From NCBI GenBank assembly GCA_024231025.1, contig JAAEQW010000327.1:16022-80021 (forward strand): a DNA stretch of 64,000 nucleotides, in the 5' to 3' direction. A model generated the notes under the pieces. It saw nothing but the letters and a program-made list of their open reading frames with translations. It was not told the origin of the DNA and did no database searches. Positions 57,860 to 64,000 of this stretch are shown here, in pieces (position 1 is the stretch's first letter; each line of letters opens with the position of its first letter). Source of the DNA: Candidatus Omnitrophota bacterium (GTDB lineage Bacteria; Omnitrophota; Gorgyraeia; Duberdicusellales; 4484-171). Made by a program: the position numbers and the translations under genes.

Positions 57860-57945
57860 TGGGCGGGGAGGGAATTGAACCCTCACGTCCGGTAAAGGAC
57901 ATGGGATTTTAAGTCCCAGGCGTCTGCCAATTCCGCCACCCGCCC
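57860..57945 (-). tRNA. tRNA-Leu (TAA), type II long variable arm, no encoded CCA
   Basis: Acceptor GGGCGGG/CCCGCCC, anticodon loop CTTAAAA, variable arm TGTCCTTTACCGGACGT, T-arm GAGGG-TTCAATT-CCCTC, discriminator A. Confidence 0.8.
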
Positions 57946-58000
57946 TCGTTTTCCAATTTGTTTTTTGAATGAACACTTAATTGCTCAAAGGCAAAATTTA

Positions 58001-58072
58001 AGGCGTGGGCCGGACTCGAACCGGCGCATAGCGATTTTGCAGACCGCTGCCTTACCACTTGGCTACCACGCC
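58001..58072 (-). tRNA. tRNA-Cys (GCA), discriminator U
   Basis: Acceptor GGCGTGG/CCACGCC, anticodon stem GCGGT/ATCGC with loop CTGCAAA, T-arm CCGGTTCGAGTCCGG. Confidence 0.75.
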
Positions 58073-58097
58073 GAAGTCGGCATTAAATACAAAGAGT

Positions 58098-58301
58098 TTA
58101 TTTTTTTCTTTTTACTCTAATCCTGCCTGCGGCAACTTCACGCAAAGAATTATTTAAGGCCTTCTCCCCCGGCTTATCAATTAGGGGCCTTTCTCCATCC
58201 GCTAAAGTCTGGGCTCGTTTAGCAACTAATATCGTAAGCTTGTAAATCGATCCGTTGCCAGCTGGCAAAAGCTCTTCCACTGGTATATGCATTCGCTTCA
58301 T
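58098..58301 (-). CDS. rpoZ: DNA-directed RNA polymerase subunit omega
   Basis: 67 aa with SIYKLTILVAKRAQTL, the RpoZ signature. Downstream of gmk as in the common gmk-rpoZ operon. Confidence 0.8.
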   Translation of the reverse strand: MKRMHIPVEELLPAGNGSIYKLTILVAKRAQTLADGERPLIDKPGEKALNNSLREVAAGRIRVKRKK

Positions 58302-58328
58302 TTTTTCTCCTGGTTTATTTTTGTACTA

Positions 58329-58928
58329 TTAGAAGCTGCTCTCTTTCGCAAGTATATCTTCCAATTCTTTAAGGGTTACGTCAAGATTTTTGTTTATTAC
58401 TAAATAATCATATTTTCTGCAAAATTGCAACTCTTTTTTTGCTAGCTCTATTCTTTTTTTCATAGCCTTTTTTTCATCGGCTCGTTTGCTCATCCGAACA
58501 TATAGGTCCTTTTTTGTTGGTGCAGAAATAAAAATTGTTACCACTTTTGCTTGTTTAAAATTTTTCTTTAAGTTCACTCCCCCTTTAACATCGATGCATA
58601 AGATTAAATCTTTTTTTTCTTTATTGGCTTTCGAATAAAGTGCCAGGGGGGTTCCGTAATAGTTATCAAGAACTTTTTCGCTCTCTAAAAACTTACCTTG
58701 TTTTTTTTGCTCTAGGAATTTTTCCCTGCTTATAAAAAAGTAGTCTTTGGCCTCTTTTTCTTTCGGTCTTTTTTGCCGCGTTGTAGCTGAAGTTCCCTTG
58801 ATAAAGTTTTCTTTTATAGCTTTTCTTCGAAACAAACGCGCCACAAGAGTGGTTTTACCAACTCCTCCTGGTCCAGAAATAACAAAAATTCTTGTTTTCT
58901 TTTTTCCCATTTTTGGCGGGTTATTCAA
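58329..58928 (-). CDS. gmk: Guanylate kinase
   Basis: P-loop GPGGVGKTT. Guanylate-kinase region SATTRQKRPKEKEAKDYFFIS. Confidence 0.8.
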   Translation of the reverse strand: MNNPPKMGKKKTRIFVISGPGGVGKTTLVARLFRRKAIKENFIKGTSATTRQKRPKEKEAKDYFFISREKFLEQKKQGKFLESEKVLDNYYGTPLALYSKANKEKKDLILCIDVKGGVNLKKNFKQAKVVTIFISAPTKKDLYVRMSKRADEKKAMKKRIELAKKELQFCRKYDYLVINKNLDVTLKELEDILAKESSF

Positions 58929-59703
58929 TATTTTGCGCTTGTTCTCTTATTCTTCCCAAATAGCTTTTCGATTCTACAATTGTTGCTGCCAGGCTCTTCT
59001 TTTTTGTTTTGCTAGATGCTGCGTTAAGCTCCCGCAAGAGTTCTTGCGTTAAGAAGTCGATGGACTTCCCGCTTGAAACGGTTTTTTCTGAACTAATGCT
59101 TTGTTGCATCTTATCAAGATAAAAAGAGATAAGAGAAATTTCTTCATCAATATCTTCTTTGGTGTTTCCATCACATGCCGCTTTTGGTTTGTGTTTTCTC
59201 ATCTTTTCGGTATTTGCCTTTAGTTTTCGCAGGTTTTTGTTCATCTCTCGCTTAATCGCTTCGCCTTCTTTTTTCTTAAACTCCAAGAGCTGCTTTATTG
59301 CTTCTTTTGCGGCAAGAAAAATTAGACTTCCTCCGTCATGCTTTTTTTCTTGGACCCAAACCACTTGTGGTAACGCTAAAAAGTCTTTTATTCTGATGTC
59401 TGGCTTTAGTTTGTGTTTTCGTGCTAGTTTTTTTGCTTGAGAAACATATTGCGAAAGAGCTTTTTCGTTAATTCTAATCTTTCCTTCCGGTGGGTATTTT
59501 GAAAAAACATAAACTTCGATTTTTCCCCGTTTAATTTTTCGATTTATTTCTTTTTTTATCTTTTCCTCCAACTCCATATTTTCCGGAGGAAAATTGTGCA
59601 AAGAAACATTTAGGTATTTGAAATTAGTGGAACGCAAAGCAATCTGAACGCTTTGCTCCTTTTCTGTTTTATGCACACAAGCATATGCTGTCATTGATTT
59701 CAT
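58921..59703 (-). CDS. yicC: YicC-family stress-induced protein
   Basis: N-terminal MKSMTAYA (YicC_N pattern), 260 aa, and the conserved yicC-gmk-rpoZ gene order. Confidence 0.7.
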   Translation of the reverse strand: MKSMTAYACVHKTEKEQSVQIALRSTNFKYLNVSLHNFPPENMELEEKIKKEINRKIKRGKIEVYVFSKYPPEGKIRINEKALSQYVSQAKKLARKHKLKPDIRIKDFLALPQVVWVQEKKHDGGSLIFLAAKEAIKQLLEFKKKEGEAIKREMNKNLRKLKANTEKMRKHKPKAACDGNTKEDIDEEISLISFYLDKMQQSISSEKTVSSGKSIDFLTQELLRELNAASSKTKKKSLAATIVESKSYLGRIREQAQNIE

Positions 59704-59722
59704 CTGTGTTGCTCCTTTTGAA

Positions 59723-60169
59723 TTACACTATTTCATCGGGCCTAAACCAAAGTTCGATTTCTCGTTCGGCTTCTTCGCTGCTGCTTGAGGCATGAATTAC
59801 GTTCTCATATAATCCGTTCGTTAAAATTCTTCCGTACGCTCCCCGAACGCTAACCGGGTCTGCTTCTTCAGGGTTTGTTGTGCCCGCAATTTGACGCACT
59901 TTTTCAATTGCGTTTTCTCCGGCGTAAACCAAAGCCAACACTCTGTTTTCTCCGTATGGTTCTCCGGTTATGTATTTTAAAAGTTCCGAAAAAAAAGGCT
60001 TTTCTTGTAAATGATGATAGTGTTTACGTGCCAGCTCTTCGGCTACTTTCACCACTTTAGCGCCAACTATTCTTAGTTTGGTTTCCGAAAGCCTAGTCAA
60101 AATATTCCCAGTAAGAGATTTTTTCAATCCATCAGGCTTAATAATAACTAGGGTTGCTTCGTCTTTCAT
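59723..60169 (-). CDS. ndk: Nucleoside diphosphate kinase
   Basis: TLVIIKPDG...NAIHAS-like active region (NVIHASSS). 148 aa. Confidence 0.85.
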   Translation of the reverse strand: MKDEATLVIIKPDGLKKSLTGNILTRLSETKLRIVGAKVVKVAEELARKHYHHLQEKPFFSELLKYITGEPYGENRVLALVYAGENAIEKVRQIAGTTNPEEADPVSVRGAYGRILTNGLYENVIHASSSSEEAEREIELWFRPDEIV

Positions 60170-60987
60170 GTTATCCTCCTGGTAATTCTCTCTAAGTCGT
60201 TTAAACTATAGTATTCGATGATCATTTTCCCCTTGTTTGTTCTTTTGTTTGTAATTGTTACTTTTGTTCCTAGGGCTTGCTGAAGCTTTTCTTCAAGCTC
60301 GCGAACAAAAGGATCGTCTTTTTTCTTTTTTGGCTTAGTGCGTTTTTCTATCTCTCGTACCGAAAGACCACCCTTGAGTATATCATGAAATAAAGAAATT
60401 TGTTTAGTTTCTCCTGAGACTGACAAAATCGTTCTTGCCTGACTACGATTGATTATTCCTTTGCGCAGTGCTTTTCTTATTTCCAAAGGAAGCTTTAACA
60501 ACCTGAGCGTATTTGCAATTGTGGTTTTGTCTTTTCCTACAACCTTCGCAACATCTTCCAAAGAAAAAGCAAATTCGTCCATTAACCGCTTAAGAGCCTG
60601 TGCCTCATCAATCGCGTTTAGATCTGTTCTTTGTAAATTTTCAACAATTGCCAAAATAAAAGTGTCCTTATCGTCAAGCTCCTTAACGATCGCCGGAATA
60701 TCTTTAAGTTCAAGTAGCTTCGCTGCCTGATATCGTCGCCCTCCGGCAACAAGTTCATATTCATCTTCCCCTGTTTTACGAACCAGCACGGGCTGGATAA
60801 TTCCTTTCTCCCTTATGGAACGTGTTAATTCGCTTAACTCCACCGGGTTCATCTCTTGGCGGGGCTGGTACTTTCCGATCCTTATCTTGTTTAGCGATAA
60901 GTGAACAAACTCTCTAGCTGCGATCTCTTCTTTTGGTTTTTTTGGTATTAAGGCCGCTAAACCCTTTCCCAGTGCTCTTTTTTGCAT
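60166..60987 (-). CDS. parB: Chromosome partitioning protein ParB/Spo0J
   Basis: N-terminal KRALGKGLAAL. ParB-box GIIQPVLVRK...YELVAGGRRYQAAK. HTH domain. Confidence 0.9.
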   Translation of the reverse strand: MQKRALGKGLAALIPKKPKEEIAAREFVHLSLNKIRIGKYQPRQEMNPVELSELTRSIREKGIIQPVLVRKTGEDEYELVAGGRRYQAAKLLELKDIPAIVKELDDKDTFILAIVENLQRTDLNAIDEAQALKRLMDEFAFSLEDVAKVVGKDKTTIANTLRLLKLPLEIRKALRKGIINRSQARTILSVSGETKQISLFHDILKGGLSVREIEKRTKPKKKKDDPFVRELEEKLQQALGTKVTITNKRTNKGKMIIEYYSLNDLERITRRIT

Positions 60988-61036
60988 TCTTGGTTCCCTC
61001 CTCTAGGATAGACATAACTCCTTCGGACACAGTGTG

Positions 61037-61915
61037 TTATGCACTAATTCTTTTCTCATCGAAAGCAACGCTTTCTTTCGATTGTTCGGATTTTTTGTCT
61101 ATTTCAATTTTTTCTTTTAAAATTTCTTCAGCTAGATTGAGATATGCCTTCGCCCCAACACACCCAGGGTCGTAAAAATGTATCGGTTGCCCAAAACTGG
61201 GCGCTTCAGCAAGTTTTATATTGCGTGGAATAATCGTATTAAACGTTCTTTCTTTAAAAAAATTGCGCACCTCCTCTATCACCTGCAGGGTCAACCTGGT
61301 TCTGAAATCGCCCATGGTAAGCAAAACTCCTTCGATACCTAGCGCCGGATTTAATCTCTCCTTTACTAAGTCCATGGTGTGCAACAACTTAGAAACCCCC
61401 TCCAACGCATAATATTCGCATTGTATTGGTATGATTAGCTTATCTGCCGCAACAAGAACATTCACGGTAAGCAACCCTAGTGATGGCGGCGCATCAATCA
61501 CGATGTAAGAGAAGTCGTCTTTAATTTTGGACAGTTCTTCCTTTAGTTGGAGTTCTCGGTTTTCCAGATTTACCAACTCTATTTCTCCGCCAGTTAAGGA
61601 AATGTGTGCGGGAATAATATAGTGGTTAGGCCATTGCGTCGGATAAATACTTTCTTCCAAGGAGGCGTTCCCCATAATTACTTCATATATGGAGTTTTTT
61701 CCTTCACTATCAAATCCTGACCCAGACGTTGCGTTCCCCTGCGGATCCATATCGACCAACAAGGTTTTTTTGCCAGCGAGCCCAAGATAGGAGCTGACAT
61801 TAGTTGCGGTAGTGGTTTTTCCTGTTCCGCCTTTTTGGTTACATACTCCAAAAATTTGTCCCATATCCCCTCTTTTGTTAAATTGTGGGATTGTTGCATT
61901 TTGCAACAGTACCAA
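61037..61915 (-). CDS. parA: Chromosome partitioning ATPase ParA/Soj (the true start is probably the ATG near 61864)
   Basis: Deviant Walker A motif NQKGGTGKTTTATN. ParA-family length. Confidence 0.9.
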   Translation of the reverse strand: MVLLQNATIPQFNKRGDMGQIFGVCNQKGGTGKTTTATNVSSYLGLAGKKTLLVDMDPQGNATSGSGFDSEGKNSIYEVIMGNASLEESIYPTQWPNHYIIPAHISLTGGEIELVNLENRELQLKEELSKIKDDFSYIVIDAPPSLGLLTVNVLVAADKLIIPIQCEYYALEGVSKLLHTMDLVKERLNPALGIEGVLLTMGDFRTRLTLQVIEEVRNFFKERTFNTIIPRNIKLAEAPSFGQPIHFYDPGCVGAKAYLNLAEEILKEKIEIDKKSEQSKESVAFDEKRISA

Positions 61916-61929
61916 TACTTATTCGCTGC

Positions 61930-61945
61930 GTTTTCACGTGAAAAC
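61930..61945. promoter_or_regulatory. parS site 1 (gttttcacgtgaaaac)
   Basis: Matches the canonical parS TGTTTCACGTGAAACA at 14 of 16 positions, with the central 12 identical. Perfect palindrome. Confidence 0.8.
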
Positions 61946-61963
61946 GCTTCTTGCTCTTGCCAG

Positions 61964-61979
61964 GTTTTCACGTGAAAAC
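61964..61979. promoter_or_regulatory. parS site 2 (gttttcacgtgaaaac)
   Basis: Identical 16-mer to site 1. Confidence 0.8.
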
Positions 61980-62220
61980 CTGCTCTTATTGTAATACCAA
62001 ACTAGGGCGTTTGTCAAGACTAAGTTTTATACCGGACAAGTTTAGCCCTCTCTCGCTGCCAACTTCTTTAAGACTGCTAGAACCTCTGAGGGTGCTGTTG
62101 TAGAATACAACCACACCACTGTTTGTTGCTGTGTAGATTGTGCAAAAATTTTCCTTTTTTGGTTTGGTGGTGTTTGCGATTTGCGTATTGTTTGCGGGAC
62201 TTTTTTTGCACGCTGGGTGC

Positions 62221-62236
62221 GTTTTCACGTGAAAAC
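62221..62236. promoter_or_regulatory. parS site 3 (gttttcacgtgaaaac)
   Basis: Identical 16-mer to site 1. Confidence 0.8.
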
Positions 62237-62243
62237 GCTCTTC

Positions 62244-63800
62244 TTAGGTGGTTCTTTTTTTCGCTGCTTTCCACTGAGTATGAAAAGTAAAAAGACTATT
62301 TGTGAACCAATATAGCAAAAGTGCAGCCGGTAGATTATACAGAAACAAGATCATCATTACCGGAAAGATAGTCGCCATGATTTTCTGCTGCTGTGCTTGC
62401 TCAGAGTCCACCGCCGGGCTGGTAAACTTCATCTGCATATACATCAAAATAGCGGTCAGAATTGGTAAAATGTTTATCCACGGCCCTAGATTAAACGGCA
62501 AAGAAAAAGGAAGATGGAACAGCCTGTCCGGTAACGACAAGTCTTTGATCCATAAAAACTTGGCTCCTTTGAATTCAAGCGCTCTGGGAACAACATTCCA
62601 AAAAGCCCATATTATTGGGATTTGAAAAAACATCGGTAAACAGCTGCTAGAACAGCCTTTCATTGGATTAAAATTGTGTTTTTTATAAAAAGTAAGGGTT
62701 TCTTGGTGGAGCTTTTGCGGATTATCCTTGTACTTATTCTTAAGTTTTTTTATCTCTTCGTTGTGCGCCTCCTGAAATTCGCGCATTTCCATCATCCCTT
62801 TGGTGCTTTTACTCGTCAAGGGGTAGAGGAGAAGATAAAGCCCGCTACTGAAAAGAATAACACACAGCCCCCAGTTCCGCACAGCGAGGTGGAGGAGGTG
62901 GAGAATTTTAACCATAACAACACCGATGCCGTGGAAAAATCCATAGTGTATAACTCCTTGCAGCCCAAGTGGTTTTAAAAGTTCCTTTTTTTGAGGCCCT
63001 AAGTAAAGGGTTATTTCTGCTCCCGGATTGTTCGCATATAGTGCAATTGTTTTGCCTTTCTCGCCTTTTACCCACCTTATATCATAATCGCCTTCGATCA
63101 GCGCAGCACAAAAATACCGCCCACGACTCCCAGCAAACTTTACGTTTTCAAAGGAGATTTCATTCGACACCAAAGGCGCTTCCTGCCCTTGTAGCGACCC
63201 TGTTGCTCTGCTTACGAGAGATTTTTTGGGAACGATTTTTTTAAAGGCCTTTCGCTGGACACCTTCTTCGGTCGAATAGAAAAACTCTTGATATCTTTGG
63301 TCTAACATGTTGGTAGACAGCGCGTTAGAGAAAAGTACCACCTGCTTTTCATTTGACGAAAATTCTATTTTTAATTGATTCCCCTCAAAAGTGTATGTTT
63401 TTTTGACCCCATCGGCCGAAACAAACATCAGTTTGTTGTTTTGGACTTCGGCTGCAAACTCAATACCCTTATGCGAGGGGACCACGCCAATATTCTCAAA
63501 TCCAAGGTCCTGCTCAAAGGCATTAGAACGAACAGAGAAAATATATCCGCCTGTGGGGGAGTAGGTTATGACGTAATTGTCCATTTCTACCTGCGGAAGG
63601 TCTTCTTTTTTGGCTTCGGAGATTTCTTCAATTCCCACCGCTGAAGCTTGTTGGCTTAGAGCTTGCGGTCGAGGTTGACCCTGAAAGTCATTTTGCTGTT
63701 TTTCCGAAGCTGGCTGAGGAGTAAACCGGCCTACAAGGTGAGAATACCCTATGAACAAAAGGATCGTTAGGATAAATGCGTAAAAAAATCTTTTTTCCAT
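62244..63800 (-). CDS. yidC: Membrane protein insertase YidC
   Basis: N-terminal transmembrane helix, a periplasmic domain, and the C-terminal 5-TM core with NWGL.I.L......PL..KS...M..M...QP....L......D...........LYKKH..NP..GCLP.L.Q.PI-type motifs. Confidence 0.85.
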   Translation of the reverse strand: MEKRFFYAFILTILLFIGYSHLVGRFTPQPASEKQQNDFQGQPRPQALSQQASAVGIEEISEAKKEDLPQVEMDNYVITYSPTGGYIFSVRSNAFEQDLGFENIGVVPSHKGIEFAAEVQNNKLMFVSADGVKKTYTFEGNQLKIEFSSNEKQVVLFSNALSTNMLDQRYQEFFYSTEEGVQRKAFKKIVPKKSLVSRATGSLQGQEAPLVSNEISFENVKFAGSRGRYFCAALIEGDYDIRWVKGEKGKTIALYANNPGAEITLYLGPQKKELLKPLGLQGVIHYGFFHGIGVVMVKILHLLHLAVRNWGLCVILFSSGLYLLLYPLTSKSTKGMMEMREFQEAHNEEIKKLKNKYKDNPQKLHQETLTFYKKHNFNPMKGCSSSCLPMFFQIPIIWAFWNVVPRALEFKGAKFLWIKDLSLPDRLFHLPFSLPFNLGPWINILPILTAILMYMQMKFTSPAVDSEQAQQQKIMATIFPVMMILFLYNLPAALLLYWFTNSLFTFHTQWKAAKKRTT

Positions 63801-64000
63801 TAGATTAAAGGGTCATACCCGCCGCGGGCCCAAGGGTTGCACCGAAGGATTCTGTAAAAAGTGAGTCTACCTGCCTTTAAAAAAGAGTATTGAGAAAAGG
63901 CTTCCTTAGCATATTGAGAGCAAGTAGGGAGATACTTACACCTAGCCGGTAAAAATAACGTCGAAATTTTTTGGTAAAAAGCAATCAGAAAAAGCGCAAG
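63800..64000 (-). CDS. yidD: Membrane protein insertion efficiency factor YidD (partial, 5' end outside the window). Its stop overlaps the yidC start (TAATG).
   Basis: Manual minus-strand translation ends ...LTFYRILRCNPWARGGYDPLI*, matching the YidD C-terminal signature R.LRCHPW..GG.DPVP. Confidence 0.7.
   Translation of the reverse strand, partial: LALFLIAFYQKISTLFLPARCKYLPTCSQYAKEAFSQYSFLKAGRLTFYRILRCNPWARGGYDPLI

Noticed and set aside
61916-62243. DnaA-box cluster / oriC in the parA-yidC intergenic region
   Set aside because: I searched by eye for TTATCCACA / TGTGGATAA and close variants and found none. The palindromes present are parS sites, not DnaA boxes.
61678-62274. Minus-strand ORFs 61678-61971, 61986-62228 and 62077-62274 in the parA-yidC gap
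   Set aside because: They overlap the parA start and the three parS palindromes, are K/N-rich with no motifs, and include the parS sequences translated. I treat the region as non-coding regulatory DNA.

Overview
This window is an AT-rich bacterial chromosomal segment that appears to lie close to the origin of replication, and almost all genes are on the minus strand.

From left to right the window contains:
- A type IV pilus assembly cluster (PilX-like, pilM, pilN, pilO, a PilP-like protein, the pilQ secretin and an ExeA-like AAA ATPase).
- Housekeeping genes: an RsmB-like rRNA methyltransferase, an MtnA/MtnB-like isomerase and aldolase pair, RlmD and Era.
- A roughly 15 kb minus-strand block (10.8-26.0 kb) that reads as a type II polyketide synthase-like biosynthetic cluster. 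It has a translationally coupled ketosynthase pair, one member of which lacks the catalytic cysteine and is chain-length-factor-like. It also has an acyl carrier protein, three cyclase-like proteins, an SDR reductase, an MFS exporter, an acyl-CoA ligase, a B12-radical SAM enzyme, a tungsten-type aldehyde:ferredoxin oxidoreductase, an amidohydrolase-2 protein and a PNP-family phosphorylase.
- Three paralogous giant secreted or membrane proteins of 2634, 1375 and 1084 aa. They share a conserved N-terminal domain of about 350 aa and a short C-terminal tail. The largest carries sigma-70-like modules, a histidine-kinase-type ATPase domain, a SAM methyltransferase-like domain and an internal duplication of about 120 aa. 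The second carries a phosphohexomutase-like domain. The upstream leaders of two of them share a conserved element.
- A REP-associated tyrosine transposase island at 46.5-50.5 kb. Two RAYT-like HuH transposase genes bracket four small cargo genes, and structured palindromic repeats sit in every intergenic space. Both RAYT reading frames also contain in-frame pairs of inverted GTAG-palindrome hairpins.
- A hybrid sensor kinase, a minus-strand tRNA cluster (Asp, Val, Leu, Cys) with a terminator, and the operon yicC-gmk-rpoZ.
- ndk, parB, parA, three parS sites, yidC and a partial yidD.

The PKS-like cluster, the giant-protein family and the RAYT island are the features most worth follow-up. No CRISPR array or rRNA gene is present.
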